From a virus (lineage: Duplodnaviria; Caudoviricetes), in IMG/VR virus record IMGVR_UViG_3300044296_000098, positions 1-57,672 of that record: DNA of 57,672 bases; one strand, 5' to 3'. The first letter of the stretch is position 1; every line of letters begins with the position of its first letter. The notes under the pieces were generated by a model. That model searched no databases, was not told the DNA's origin, and saw only the letters and a list, made by a program, of their open reading frames with translations. Positions 9,525 through 19,743 of the stretch are shown in pieces. Position numbers and translations under genes: made by a program.

Positions 9525-10265
9525 TCACCCTCGGCTCGGAGAAGCGACGGGCGCGGGCGACATGGAGGACCACGCGGCGCCTTGAAACTTCTTGCGGGCC
9601 TCTTCTACCATCGCGCTCTTCAGCAGCGTCTGGTACTGCGCTTCGTAGGTTCCCGGCATTGCGGGGTCGTTTGCCATAGCCCCTGAGAAGTTCCGCTGGT
9701 AGGCGCTGATGTAGACCATCGAGGCCATGATCATCAGGTCCGGCAGATACAGGGATATAAACGTCGTCAGGTTTGTGGGGGACAAAGAGTTCGGACGAAC
9801 TGTCCCTACGAGTTCCAACGTGTAGTTGGCATCCGGCCACGGCCCTACTAGGAAGGTGCTTTGGTCGAAGATGGCGAAATACTGCGGCAGCGCAGATCCC
9901 ACACTGCTCGGGAACACCGCGTCGAGGAACTCCTTCGTTACCGGGAGAAGCGGGTTGCGCGTGGCCGAGTTGGGGTTGGTAGCGCCGGCGGGGCTGAGGA
10001 CGTTGACCTGCTCAAGGACCACGAACACGTCAGGCGGTATGACGACCGACCGGGTTCCAGAAGCCAAGGAGTAGGAGGTGTTGGCTTGCGTCGTGGATAG
10101 GAAGTCAAGGTCACGATACATCCTGTTTTCCGCGTAAGTGATCATCGCGGGCAAGATGGTCGTGTAGTTTGGATCGGTCGTGTTAACGACGGCTAATTCA
10201 GCTACCTGCTGAATGTAGCTGGTAGTGCCTGAAACGCTCCCGTCGTAGCTTAAACCAGTCGTCAT
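9525..10265 (-). CDS. Head-tail adaptor (tail tubular A-like) protein
   Basis: ITYAENRMYRDL, PQYFAI...VGPWPDANYTLEL and YLPDLMIMAS pattern; position upstream of the nozzle gene. Confidence 0.6.
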   Translation of the reverse strand: MTTGLSYDGSVSGTTSYIQQVAELAVVNTTDPNYTTILPAMITYAENRMYRDLDFLSTTQANTSYSLASGTRSVVIPPDVFVVLEQVNVLSPAGATNPNSATRNPLLPVTKEFLDAVFPSSVGSALPQYFAIFDQSTFLVGPWPDANYTLELVGTVRPNSLSPTNLTTFISLYLPDLMIMASMVYISAYQRNFSGAMANDPAMPGTYEAQYQTLLKSAMVEEARKKFQGAAWSSMSPAPVASPSRG

Positions 10266-10277
10266 CTATGGTCCTCG

Positions 10278-10517
10278 TTACGGGTGCTTGTCGGCTTTTC
10301 CGTCCAGCTTGTCAAATATCTTCCCCAACATCTCCTTAACCTCTTTGATGTTGTCGTTGAACTCGTCTTTTAAGACGTAGTGTTTGGGGAGATCGACCTC
10401 GATCTGATGGACATCTTTCCGAAGCTGCTCGGTCGCTTCATACAGCCGCCGGGCAAACCACCCAATCACGGCTAGAACCGCACTGGCCCCTACGTTGATC
10501 GCGGTTTGCATGTCCAT
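10278..10517 (-). CDS. Small single-TM plus coiled-coil membrane protein (possible holin/antiholin)
   Basis: Hydrophobic N-terminal helix AINVGASAVLAVIGWF followed by a charged coiled coil. Confidence 0.55.
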   Translation of the reverse strand: MDMQTAINVGASAVLAVIGWFARRLYEATEQLRKDVHQIEVDLPKHYVLKDEFNDNIKEVKEMLGKIFDKLDGKADKHP

Positions 10518-10520
10518 TGG

Positions 10521-11462
10521 TTATGCCGCCATGAACTGAAGGAAAGAACTATTCTGAACGTTAGTGGTCACGGTGTAAACGAGGACAAGTATCCCGGCGG
10601 CCCCCGCAGCATTATTAGCACCAGCACTGCCCGAAGATCCTGCGCCGCCGCCATAGGCTCCCGCAGTGTTCGTCGGATTAGCATTTGAGCCGCTTCCGCC
10701 GCCAGAACCACCCCCTGGCCCCGCATACGCAAGGGAAACACTATCTTGCCAAAGTTGCGAAGTGCCCCCTGAGCCACCCGCAAAGTTTGTAGAACCGAAA
10801 CCGCCGCCGCCGCCGTAACCGCTCGTAGTGCCGCCTGATCCCGCCGCAGAAGCAGAAGTAGCCCCTGCGCCACCGCCGGAACCGCCGCCTTTACCGCCGG
10901 CAGTCGATGTCCCCGTTCCGCCTGCGCCGCCGCCATTAGCCCCGCCACCGCCCCCGGAGCCAAGATTGCTGGTGGCGCTATAACCTGTTCCGCCCGCCCC
11001 GCCTGCCCCACTAGGGCCGCCCGCCCCACCGCCGCCCCCACGGTTCGCGGTGCCTCCAGCTGCACCTACAGCTCCGCCATTTCCCCCGGAGTTTTTACTT
11101 GCCCCGATGGAGGAGCCAACTGTGCCCCCGCCGGTTCCCCCGCTTCCTGCACCTGCAGAACCGCCCCCTCTAGCGAGAACCCCTTGAGCAACAGTAGTGG
11201 GGGCACTACCCGTTGTTGAAAGCCAAGTCGATCCCCCGGCCGAACCCGAAGCCCCAGCGCCCACACTGATTGAATAAGTAGTTGAAGCTATAAGGGATAA
11301 AGAGGTGTTATCGCTAGAAGCCCAGCCCCCTCCACCGCCGCCGGCATTAGAGCCCGCAGTTCCCCCGCCCGCGCCAATCGCGTGCAGGGTCCAAGGAGCG
11401 CCAAAATCGTTCGGAGTTGTATAGGTAGTGCCCGACGTGATGAGAACGGTTACGGTGGTCAC
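10521..11462 (-). CDS. Glycine-rich tail/receptor-binding protein
   Basis: TSGTTYTTP...IGAGGG...GGGGGG...GAAGILVLVY, typical of phage glycine-rich (polyglycine II) domains. Confidence 0.7.
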   Translation of the reverse strand: MTTVTVLITSGTTYTTPNDFGAPWTLHAIGAGGGTAGSNAGGGGGGWASSDNTSLSLIASTTYSISVGAGASGSAGGSTWLSTTGSAPTTVAQGVLARGGGSAGAGSGGTGGGTVGSSIGASKNSGGNGGAVGAAGGTANRGGGGGAGGPSGAGGAGGTGYSATSNLGSGGGGGANGGGAGGTGTSTAGGKGGGSGGGAGATSASAAGSGGTTSGYGGGGGFGSTNFAGGSGGTSQLWQDSVSLAYAGPGGGSGGGSGSNANPTNTAGAYGGGAGSSGSAGANNAAGAAGILVLVYTVTTNVQNSSFLQFMAA

Positions 11463-11641
11463 GCTAGCGGCCCTGGCTCAACGAAAACTCGCAAAATTGG
11501 ATCGTAGGCCCAACCGATGCCGCAGTTTTGCTCGGCTACATCTACGAGAAAAGTTCCTTGATATGGCGGGTCTTCCTGCGCGTTCGCCATTATGAGGTTG
11601 ACCACGAGCAACGAGGTGGCGTCTACGACTGCTGCGACCAT
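11459..11641 (-). CDS. Small tail-fibre accessory protein
   Basis: AAVVD...VVNLI...CGIGWAYD pattern; 4-nt overlap with the glycine-rich gene. Confidence 0.55.
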   Translation of the reverse strand: MVAAVVDATSLLVVNLIMANAQEDPPYQGTFLVDVAEQNCGIGWAYDPILRVFVEPGPLA

Positions 11642-11642
11642 G

Positions 11643-12239
11643 CTACACCTGTGCCACGGCTACGACATCCCAAAAGGCGTCAGCACTATTATAAACGCAT
11701 CCTACATACATGATCGTCGGGACCGTAGTTGTCGGAAGGGTTATTCCGACTGAACGATAGGCGCCCGAAGTAGTTGTCCACGACAAAGTTTGCCTCGTGC
11801 CATTATCTTTAATTCGCAAGATAAGGCGTTGTCCGTCAGTAGGGGTGCCTGAAGGGGCAGCAATAGCTGCCGTTACTGCAAGCGCCGTAACTTCATATTG
11901 ATCCGCCGTATCGCCGGTTGGAGTGACTGTCGCGCTATTAGTTATCGAAACAATTCGAGGGGTAATACGCTTGTTGGTAAAAGTTTCCGTCCCGGCAATC
12001 GTCGCCAGCGTGCCAGAGGTCGGCAACGTAACCGCCGTCGTTCCGGTGCTGGTGATGGTCGTCGGGAACGCCCCCGACGTAGCCAACGTCGAACCGTCTG
12101 CAAGCGTCAACGTGGCCGAAGTGGCCGGAGCCGTGATGGCGACCTTATTGACGCTCGTGGCAGTAGCCGCCCCAGAAATGGTTAAAGTCCCGGCGGTCGG
12201 GGTCAACGTATCGGTAACGTTGTTGGTGTTGATGCTCAC
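11643..12239 (-). CDS. Tail-fibre-related protein
   Basis: ETFTNKRI and PSGTPTDGQRLILRIKDNGT...WDVVAV; shares a segment of about 55 aa with the 936-aa fibre. Confidence 0.65.
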   Translation of the reverse strand: MSINTNNVTDTLTPTAGTLTISGAATATSVNKVAITAPATSATLTLADGSTLATSGAFPTTITSTGTTAVTLPTSGTLATIAGTETFTNKRITPRIVSITNSATVTPTGDTADQYEVTALAVTAAIAAPSGTPTDGQRLILRIKDNGTRQTLSWTTTSGAYRSVGITLPTTTVPTIMYVGCVYNSADAFWDVVAVAQV

Positions 12240-12562
12240 GGGATTACAAGCTCCGCCCCGTTGAGGGGATCATCTGGGTTAGCCTTAAACACGTTCTGAA
12301 CGCCCTCATACAGAAGTGTTAAGCTCATGCTGTTGGGGTCAGTGCCCGAAGGAAAATCTGCCACGGTAAGGTTATAAGGGAGACTGGCCGTCGGGATCGG
12401 CTGGGCGCCAGCCTCATACGCCTCGGGGGTCACATACCCCACGACGCACACGCCGTAGGCAGGGCCGTTCGGGCCTCCGAGCTGAAAGGTGCCTGCGATA
12501 ATAACCCAGCAAGTGGCGTTGATACCCGTGTTGCCAATGGGGATAGATTTGGAGAAATACAT
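12236..12562 (-). CDS. Hypothetical protein (possible fibre chaperone)
   Basis: ATG at 12562 overlaps the stop of the upstream fibre gene; GYVTPEAYEAGAQP motif. Confidence 0.6.
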   Translation of the reverse strand: MYFSKSIPIGNTGINATCWVIIAGTFQLGGPNGPAYGVCVVGYVTPEAYEAGAQPIPTASLPYNLTVADFPSGTDPNSMSLTLLYEGVQNVFKANPDDPLNGAELVIP

Positions 12563-15372
12563 TACCACACCTCGGTTGTTTGGATGTTGGCTACCCAATG
12601 CGTCGCGTTAGCGTTAACGGGAGTAACCGTCACGGTGAGGCCATTGTTTGTCGTATCCGCCGTTATAACCGGGGTTGCAGTGCTAGCCCACCCAGAAGAA
12701 AGCGCGATTACCGTGCTGGTTACTGAGCCGACGATAGCGGCAGACCCGGTGCCGCGAGCGAGTAAAAGGTCAAATACCCAACCTCCGCCTGCTGTGGAGC
12801 CTGAAGCGGTTTCACGCCCCACGACATAGACGCGCGTCAAAAACATCGCGTTTTGAGGAATATTTGCGACATTGGTTGACGCGGCCGCTGCAGAGTCGGC
12901 GGTTAAAACTTTTGCAGCCGTGGAGGCTGTTGACGCCCGAAGAACGGTAAGAGCGGTTTGACTGTCGCCCGCCGTGGTTATCGAACCCGTTCCAAACGCA
13001 ATTTTGCCTGTTTGCCCGTCTACCCAAGACTGATATCCAATTGCGGCAGAATTATTGCCGTTTGTCGTGTTGTTGTTTTTAGCTGCAATACCGATCGCGA
13101 GATTATTACCCGCATTACCGCTCGTGCCGGCCGCAGCGTTGTAGCCGATAGCAATTGCTTGCTGCAAATTAAAATAGTTGCCAGTGTAGGCGTTATACCC
13201 AAGAGCAATGCTGTATTGCCCTGTGGATCGGGCGTTATAGCCAATAGCTACGGAACCTGCTCCTTGAGAGCCTGCAAGTCTTCCGATAGCTATATAGTCC
13301 GTTCCCGGATTAGAACTGCCGCCAGCAAAGGCTCCGTATCCGATTGCGATATCGTATTGATGAGCGGTGGACGCAGTCCCTCCTATGACGATGGAATTGG
13401 CCCCTGCGGCTATTTGACTGGCTGCGGTGCGAACAGTTTGTAAATCAATCGCATTTGCACCGCGTGCATTACCCCCGGTCGCCGTGCCGTCTGGTGCAGG
13501 TCCCGCTATGAGTCCCCCGGTGCCTTTGGGGGTCAACACAATGGCGGTGTTTGTATCGCCGCTTGTAGCGATTAGCGCAACATTGCTTTGCGTGGTATTG
13601 TTGCCTGCGTATTGCAGGCCGTATCCTGACCCTGCGACCGCGGCAGCGTTTAGCGTAAAAGAACCGCTAGTTGACCCCGTAAAAGCTATGCTCGTGGCAG
13701 TTGCGACGCCCACATTGGGCGTCACGAGCGTCGGGCTAGTTGCTTGGACGCTGCTGCCCGACCCGGTTACGGGGTTCCACGAGAACGTAGTTCCGGACCA
13801 CGACATCTCCGCAGCGGTCGTGCCCGGAGCCGTAATGAACGTCGTCACGCCAGCCGCAGACTGATACGGAACTTGATTGGCCGTTCCGCCCGCTAGATTG
13901 GTGGCGGTTCCGATCGTCAAAGTGCTTGGCGCGTACCATCCCGGGGTGACCGTGCCGCCCGACACTAACAGGTCGCCCACGTTGCCGGCGGCGCTGAAGG
14001 CATAGGCCGTTCCGGTCCCGTATGCTAAACCGCCTGCTTTAGGCGTCGCGGTGCTGTTCGTGCCGCCGTAAGCCGTATCGAGCTTCCCGCCCAGCGTGAC
14101 CGCCCCAGTCGTCGCCGTCGCGGGCGTCAGCCCGGTCGTCCCGGCGCTGAAGGAAGCCACGGTTGCGCCGGTCGTCGCCAGTGTGCCGGAAGTCGGCAGC
14201 GTGACCGACGTCGTTCCGGTGCTGGTGATGGTCGTCGGAAACGCCCCCGACGTAGCCAACGTCGAACCGTCTGCAATCGTCAACGTAGCCGAGGTGGTCG
14301 GGGCCGTGATGGCGACCTTATTGACGCTCGTGGCAGTTGCGACGCCCACATTGGGTGTCACGAGCGTCGGGCTGTTAGTCATGGCGACGGTGCCGGTCCC
14401 GGAGATCGGGTATTCCCCAACCACGCCGGCGTTATCGTAAACAACCCGCCCGCTATTACCGCTCACGATGGTCGAAGACCCGACCGTGATGGTGCTGGCG
14501 CCACTCGGCCCCGTAGGCCCGGTCGGGCCGGTCGGCCCGATCTGGTTGTTCATGACCTGTACGGCGGTCACGATGACGCCGGGGGTTTCTGGAACCGTCG
14601 GGGTTACAGTGCTGGCGATGGTTTCGATGTAGAGATGAGTTGCGTCGTCAGGCAACCACATGATTTGAAAGTAGTCGCCAGCAGTCACGGTTACGACGTA
14701 ATTGACCGCAGCAATGAGCTGGCCGTGGGTGCCGCCGTGAGACCCCACTACTGCGTAAAGGCTATTGGAGTCTGCAATGTCGCCCGTAGATCCCGAGTCG
14801 TTCCTGCGCAGCCACACGTTGACGTTGTGAATGCCCGTGTCGGTATTTACGAACTGGATCGAGTACTGGATGTTATAGACGCCCGTAGTCGCAAAAGTAA
14901 TGCGGCTACCGCTGACAATACTGACGCCGCTGCTGCTGGGGTCCGTGTGGTTGAGAGTGATTGCAGTCCCGGTAGAAGTGCTGCCGGTTTGAGTGGCCGA
15001 GGTATCCCAGAACGACCCCCAATACCCCAATGCCCCGCCCGGTCCAGTTGCGCCGGTTGCTCCAATCGCGCCGGTCGCTCCCGTAGGCCCGGTTGGCCCC
15101 GGCACGGTCGAGGCCGCGCCAGTTGCGCCGGTTGCGCCAGTTGGCCCAATCGCTCCCGTGGAACCGGCCGCTCCGGTCGCTCCAGTTGGTCCGGCTGCGC
15201 CCGTGTTGCCCTTCGGCCCCGCAGGCCCGACCGGCCCGATAGGACCCGGCGTCAACCCAGAGATCTGGCTTGTAGTCGTGCGTACGGACACGCCCGCTTG
15301 AACGACTTCAACCTGCTCGGACCCGTTGAGCGCGATTGCCGGCGGGAGGTTCGGGATCTGGATCGAACTCAC
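12562..15372 (-). CDS. Long tail fibre with collagen-like Gly-X-Y repeats and YadA-head-like repeats
   Basis: GPT/GAT triplets near the N-terminus; [24 protein letters not shown] and NLAIG repeats in the C-terminal third. Confidence 0.8.
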   Translation of the reverse strand: MSSIQIPNLPPAIALNGSEQVEVVQAGVSVRTTTSQISGLTPGPIGPVGPAGPKGNTGAAGPTGATGAAGSTGAIGPTGATGATGAASTVPGPTGPTGATGAIGATGATGPGGALGYWGSFWDTSATQTGSTSTGTAITLNHTDPSSSGVSIVSGSRITFATTGVYNIQYSIQFVNTDTGIHNVNVWLRRNDSGSTGDIADSNSLYAVVGSHGGTHGQLIAAVNYVVTVTAGDYFQIMWLPDDATHLYIETIASTVTPTVPETPGVIVTAVQVMNNQIGPTGPTGPTGPSGASTITVGSSTIVSGNSGRVVYDNAGVVGEYPISGTGTVAMTNSPTLVTPNVGVATATSVNKVAITAPTTSATLTIADGSTLATSGAFPTTITSTGTTSVTLPTSGTLATTGATVASFSAGTTGLTPATATTGAVTLGGKLDTAYGGTNSTATPKAGGLAYGTGTAYAFSAAGNVGDLLVSGGTVTPGWYAPSTLTIGTATNLAGGTANQVPYQSAAGVTTFITAPGTTAAEMSWSGTTFSWNPVTGSGSSVQATSPTLVTPNVGVATATSIAFTGSTSGSFTLNAAAVAGSGYGLQYAGNNTTQSNVALIATSGDTNTAIVLTPKGTGGLIAGPAPDGTATGGNARGANAIDLQTVRTAASQIAAGANSIVIGGTASTAHQYDIAIGYGAFAGGSSNPGTDYIAIGRLAGSQGAGSVAIGYNARSTGQYSIALGYNAYTGNYFNLQQAIAIGYNAAAGTSGNAGNNLAIGIAAKNNNTTNGNNSAAIGYQSWVDGQTGKIAFGTGSITTAGDSQTALTVLRASTASTAAKVLTADSAAAASTNVANIPQNAMFLTRVYVVGRETASGSTAGGGWVFDLLLARGTGSAAIVGSVTSTVIALSSGWASTATPVITADTTNNGLTVTVTPVNANATHWVANIQTTEVW

Positions 15373-15872
15373 GTCAATGGTCCTGTCTGGGGCACGCTGG
15401 TATTTTCATACGGCAAGCCAGGGTTGGCGTCACCCGGCGCGTTCGGATCAGTGCCGGGCTGCTGGTTCAAACCGCCCGGAGGCTCGCCGGTCTGCTGGGT
15501 CACGCGGTTGTTGCCGTCTTGCGTGATGCGCTGCACATCGCCCGGAACAGGTATTCCGGTTGCTGCATTGATCGTGTTCTGGCCGCTCGTCGTGCGATAA
15601 TTGGTCTCCGCGTTAACGAAGTCCTGAAGCCTCGGTTGGTTGATCGGCACTGGGTCGGCCGGGATCACGATCGCCCGCAACTGCTGCTGCGGTACGTCCA
15701 GGCAGGGGCGGCATACGAGGAGGCGTTTATTGATGAGCGAAGCGCCCGCCCAATCATACTGCCATTGTAGCGCGACGTGATTGTACCAGATGCCGCAACG
15801 GTCACAGACCGCAAAGGCTTGCGGGTTACGGCTGCTGGTCGACGCGCGTCCGGAGCGTGATGCGTACGCCAT
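15369..15872 (-). CDS. Hypothetical protein with CxxC...CxxC motif
   Basis: AVCDRCG...LVCRPCLD...PQ; coupled within the structural operon. Confidence 0.7.
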   Translation of the reverse strand: MAYASRSGRASTSSRNPQAFAVCDRCGIWYNHVALQWQYDWAGASLINKRLLVCRPCLDVPQQQLRAIVIPADPVPINQPRLQDFVNAETNYRTTSGQNTINAATGIPVPGDVQRITQDGNNRVTQQTGEPPGGLNQQPGTDPNAPGDANPGLPYENTSVPQTGPLT

Positions 15873-15881
15873 TCATGCTCC

Positions 15882-16574
15882 TTAAGGCCGGTAGTAACCC
15901 GCGATTTGCGGAGAGATGTACTGGTTTGCCTGTTCGACGTTTTGCGCCGCGGCGATCTGATACGACTCGTCGGCTTGCGCTTTCAGCGCAATAGCCATCG
16001 TCGGGTTCCAAATGCGAGCCAAACGGAAAGCTAAACCGTCGCTAAACGCTTCCATCCACAGGTAAGGGATGTCAACGGTCTGACCGCCAGCGTAATTGGC
16101 GTCTTGAAGCTGACGAACGCGGTAGTACTTGAAGTATTGCGCGCTCGTTCCGTCTGGAACCGGCCACAAGGTCACGGATGGCGACAGCAAACGGTCAAAC
16201 CAGAAGACCGTGGTAAAGCCTTGCTGCTGCTTGTTTGGGTAGGAAGCATATTCGGTGCGGCTGATCGGCAGCACGATACGGTCGGTCTCGGTGCTCCCCG
16301 AAACCGTCGACATATAGCCGTCAAGGATCATGACGGTCGAAGCATCGACGGGGTAAACAGATTGCCCCTGAACCACAGGCACCGTGACAAGATCGACTTG
16401 CCACAGGTTGACGCCCTGATTGCTCCAACGCGAGAGCATCATGTTCGTAGCAACCCGCGCCGTCTGCATATGTTCTTGCAGAAGCGACGTGTTGCGCAAA
16501 CCCGCCAAATTATAGGCGTATAAAACTAGCTCGCCGAGCGACGGGTTGAAGTTGTAGGTGCCGCTAGTTGTCAC
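15882..16574 (-). CDS. Virion neck/adaptor-like protein
   Basis: WSNQGVNLW, ISRTEYASYPNK, LWPVPD, DIPYLWMEAFSDGLAFRLA pattern. Confidence 0.6.
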   Translation of the reverse strand: MTTSGTYNFNPSLGELVLYAYNLAGLRNTSLLQEHMQTARVATNMMLSRWSNQGVNLWQVDLVTVPVVQGQSVYPVDASTVMILDGYMSTVSGSTETDRIVLPISRTEYASYPNKQQQGFTTVFWFDRLLSPSVTLWPVPDGTSAQYFKYYRVRQLQDANYAGGQTVDIPYLWMEAFSDGLAFRLARIWNPTMAIALKAQADESYQIAAAQNVEQANQYISPQIAGYYRP

Positions 16575-16879
16575 CGAAGGCCCGCTTGAACGATGTAAAG
16601 CGTGACGGTACCGGCGCCGGCAGTGACGTTAACCGACACCGCTCGTGCAGGGATCGTCAGGCTTAGTGCGGAAGCCACGGTCAGCCCGGTCGTACCTGCC
16701 GGCGCGCCCCATACCGTAATCGCCGCGTCCATAGGGTCTTGCGGCGTGATCTCGATATTGTAGGTCGCTGAACCAGACAACGTAGTGACCAACCCCAAAT
16801 TGAACGGGTTGGTAAAGTTATCGACGGCGATTACCGCACTCCGACCGACACCTGTTTGGGCTACTGAGATCGGGGTCAT
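16571..16879 (-). CDS. Small beta-rich virion protein
   Basis: PARAVSVNVTAGAGTVTLYIVQAG C-terminus; start overlaps the upstream stop. Confidence 0.6.
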   Translation of the reverse strand: MTPISVAQTGVGRSAVIAVDNFTNPFNLGLVTTLSGSATYNIEITPQDPMDAAITVWGAPAGTTGLTVASALSLTIPARAVSVNVTAGAGTVTLYIVQAGLR

Positions 16880-17145
16880 TACGGGCAATCCCACTTTCGA
16901 AGCGACTTATTGATCCGGCTATCCGGGTCGTGCGCCGTTTTAGCAGAGGTCAGGTGCTTTCGCATCCCCTCCATGCGGGCGCAGAAGGATCGGCGTCGAG
17001 CCGCGGCCATCTCACTATGATGCGCCTCTTCGCGAGAGACGGGCTTCTTGATGTCGTGGCCTTCCGCTTTGAGAGAGGCCCGACCTTTCTCATTGAGGCC
17101 GCCGGCGGGGTTCTTGCCCTCGCGACGGGTCCAAGCTCCTGCCAT
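16879..17145 (-). CDS. Conserved basic phage hypothetical protein
   Basis: AWTRREGKNPAGGLNEKGRAS...RRRSFCARM...DPDSRINKSLRKWDC, a pattern I recognise from phage structural regions. Confidence 0.7.
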   Translation of the reverse strand: MAGAWTRREGKNPAGGLNEKGRASLKAEGHDIKKPVSREEAHHSEMAAARRRSFCARMEGMRKHLTSAKTAHDPDSRINKSLRKWDCP

Positions 17146-17163
17146 CTTCGCGGCCCTCCGCCA

Positions 17164-17190
17164 CATCAGAAGGGGGCCTTGCGGCCCCCT
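17164..17190 (-). terminator. GC-rich hairpin after the His-rich gene (weak terminator-like)
   Basis: Minus strand AGGGGGCC-GCAA-GGCCCCCT followed by only TCTG. Confidence 0.35.
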
Positions 17191-17196
17191 GCCGGG

Positions 17197-17571
17197 TTAC
17201 TCTTCGGTGACGGACTTGTGCCCTCGGGGCTCCGACACGCGATGAGCCGAAGACAGCGGGCTCATGTCCGAGCCGCCAGCCTTGCGGGGCTTGCGACCGG
17301 CGTGATGCGCCGCCTTGTGGCCGTGCACATGGCCGACGTGCTTGGCATGGGCCAGGTGCTTGCCGTGCTCGTGATGGGTATGCCCCATCACATGGCCGCC
17401 GTGCTTCCGCTTGGCGCGGCCGCCATGCTTCTTCGCTTCGGCCTCGTGAGTGATCTTGGGGGCGTTGACCCGGGCTTCCGGGTTCTCCCGCAGATCCTGT
17501 TCCCATTCCTTCACGCCGTGCTCGGCAGAACCGCCATGGGCGCGGTGGTGGTGGTGCTTATGACCCTTCAT
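17197..17571 (-). CDS. His/Lys-rich protein
   Basis: About 25 His in 124 aa; repeated xHGG/xAGG motifs; fills the gap in the late operon. Confidence 0.65.
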   Translation of the reverse strand: MKGHKHHHHRAHGGSAEHGVKEWEQDLRENPEARVNAPKITHEAEAKKHGGRAKRKHGGHVMGHTHHEHGKHLAHAKHVGHVHGHKAAHHAGRKPRKAGGSDMSPLSSAHRVSEPRGHKSVTEE

Positions 17572-17582
17572 GGCCTTGATCC

Positions 17583-18803
17583 TCAGAAGGTGGCGTACTG
17601 GGTGGCGCCGAACAGACCTGTTGCGGACAACAGGTTGTACGGTTGCGGCGACTGCCGCACGATGAGCTTGTTTGCGCCAGTGCTGGAAGTGAACCCAGCA
17701 TACGTGCCGCGAACGTCGCCAGTCGTCGCGGTCGGGGTAGACCGATCTGCGGCTACGTAGCTCGTCGCTGCCGTAACCAAGGTCGTCGCCGTCAGTGACC
17801 CAGCCGCCGAATTGATCAGGATGTCGCCGAAGCTATCCGACCGGATCGGGAGACCGAAGAGGTCAATCGTGTTGACCGAGTACGCATGAGTGGTATCAGC
17901 CGTGCCGCCGCTCAGGACGACCGACTTGATATACTTGTGCGCCTTCTTGCCGTTGACGGTAGAGCCGGCCGTGATGGTGATTTGCTCCACCATCGGGTAG
18001 CCATACACGTCATAGCTCGAAATGGTCGCAGTCGTGTACGTCGCGCCCGCCGCCGCAGTCACCGATACGCCACGGCCCAGCAGAGCTTGAGGGCTCCACA
18101 GGTAGACGCTCGGGGTCTGAAGGTTGGTCGGGACCGCACACGCCTGCGGGTTCGGGTAAGCCAGCACCACCGTGCCCGACGTTGCCGTCAGGTTGCTCGC
18201 GTTGGTCTGGTAGGTGCCCGCCACGCCCTGGCCGCCGGTCGCAACCGCCGAAGCCGAAGTCAACTGGCTACCCACTACCGCGCCCGCCGCAGTGCCCGAG
18301 GACACCGTGCCAGTGGTCGACACAACAACCATGCCGGGAGCAATCGGCATATAGCTGTTGGCCGTCACGGTCATCACGCCGTTCGCGAACGACGCAGTGA
18401 CCGAGGCATAGGCATCCAACGCCACGAGGCCCGCGCCGCCGTTGGTATCAAGCACTCCGGTGTCGGAGCGAGTGATCGACGGGGTGATGTAGACGCCGGA
18501 AGTCGTCGAACTGGACGACACCAACGTCAACGTCGCGCTAGTCGGGTTGGCAGACGCAACCACCGCGCCCGAGGTGGCCGTGTAAGGCACGACGTTCAGA
18601 GCAGTGATGTTGTCCATACCGGCCCAAGCATAGTCCGGGGCGGACTGAGCTTCGCCGGGCAGGTACGTGAACGGCAGCCGAGGGTCCAGGATCGCAGCGC
18701 CGCCCCAAAATAGGGACGGAGCCAGATCCGGGTTATATTCGGCGCCTGGGTACGGAGATTGCCCGAAGACAATAACCGGACCCGAAAAGGCGGTATCCGC
18801 CAT
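17583..18803 (-). CDS. Virion structural protein (possible capsid decoration)
   Basis: 406 aa, Thr/Ala/Ser-rich; TAFSGPV, YDVYGYPMVE, GKKAHKYI and ATTGDVRGTY motifs; directly after the major capsid gene. Confidence 0.65.
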   Translation of the reverse strand: MADTAFSGPVIVFGQSPYPGAEYNPDLAPSLFWGGAAILDPRLPFTYLPGEAQSAPDYAWAGMDNITALNVVPYTATSGAVVASANPTSATLTLVSSSSTTSGVYITPSITRSDTGVLDTNGGAGLVALDAYASVTASFANGVMTVTANSYMPIAPGMVVVSTTGTVSSGTAAGAVVGSQLTSASAVATGGQGVAGTYQTNASNLTATSGTVVLAYPNPQACAVPTNLQTPSVYLWSPQALLGRGVSVTAAAGATYTTATISSYDVYGYPMVEQITITAGSTVNGKKAHKYIKSVVLSGGTADTTHAYSVNTIDLFGLPIRSDSFGDILINSAAGSLTATTLVTAATSYVAADRSTPTATTGDVRGTYAGFTSSTGANKLIVRQSPQPYNLLSATGLFGATQYATF

Positions 18804-18815
18804 GAGCCCGTCTCC

Positions 18816-19730
18816 TTACGACGTGGGGAACGACCCGTAGATAGCACGCCAGTTGAAGTAGCCAAAGCTGTAACGCTCGTAGCCCTTCACCAACAAGTTA
18901 TCCGTCGTGAAATCGACCTGCATGTCGGTTTCGAACTTGATGCGCGACATGTAGGACAAGCCGTCGATGTTCGTCAGCAGGAACCACGCAAACGAAGACG
19001 TGAGGAAGTCCGCAACCATGTAGCCTTCCGGCAGGCCGCCGGCGGTAGTGTGGATCGCGTTCACGTCGTTGTCAGCGGTGCCCGGGCGCAGTTCGGTCTT
19101 GGTCAGACGAATTGCAACCGGTTCCAGCTGCGGCGGGACGATCAACTTACGGGCGCGGGCGAAGACCTTCAGGCCTGCCTGGTCCCGGAAATTGGTCCGA
19201 ACTGCGATCATGCCGTTCAGCAAGGTCGCTTCGTTCAGGTCAACCTGCGTAGCCGGCGTGTTGGCGACCGTAGAACCCGTGATCGGGTGCGAGGTCGAAC
19301 ACAGGGCCACGCCGTCGCCGCCGATCGCAGAGTTGTAGGTCTGCGCGGTGTTCAGGATGTTCGCGCCGTAGATTTCCTTGGTCTGCTGGAAGGACTCGAT
19401 CAGACCGAGGTTCGACGGGTGGAACTGCGTCTTGTACAGGTTGTCGTCGACGGCCTTGCGGGTGATCGCGTAGCCAAGAGCGATTTCAAGGTGCTCCTGG
19501 TTATAGACGAAACGCTCGCCGGCGCTGTTGTCGAACGAAGTCTGACCGCCTTCAGTCTTCAGCTGGGCCAGCCCGAGGTACTGCATTTCGGCAGTGCGTT
19601 CGAGCGCCATCTTCGACTCGATCTTCGTAAAGATCTTGTCGTACTGAGACGCGATCATCTCGTACTTGCCTTCTACGCCCCGCAGGCCGGGCTGCAGAAG
19701 GTCTTTGATGGCGGAAAGATTAACAGCCAT
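18816..19730 (-). CDS. Major capsid protein (HK97 fold)
   Basis: LLQPGL, KTEGG, ALGYAITRKAVDDNLY, GGDGVALCSTSHP, KLIVPPQL, DFTTDNLLVKGYERYSFG. Confidence 0.9.
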   Translation of the reverse strand: MAVNLSAIKDLLQPGLRGVEGKYEMIASQYDKIFTKIESKMALERTAEMQYLGLAQLKTEGGQTSFDNSAGERFVYNQEHLEIALGYAITRKAVDDNLYKTQFHPSNLGLIESFQQTKEIYGANILNTAQTYNSAIGGDGVALCSTSHPITGSTVANTPATQVDLNEATLLNGMIAVRTNFRDQAGLKVFARARKLIVPPQLEPVAIRLTKTELRPGTADNDVNAIHTTAGGLPEGYMVADFLTSSFAWFLLTNIDGLSYMSRIKFETDMQVDFTTDNLLVKGYERYSFGYFNWRAIYGSFPTS

Positions 19731-19743
19731 TGTCCGTTACTCC

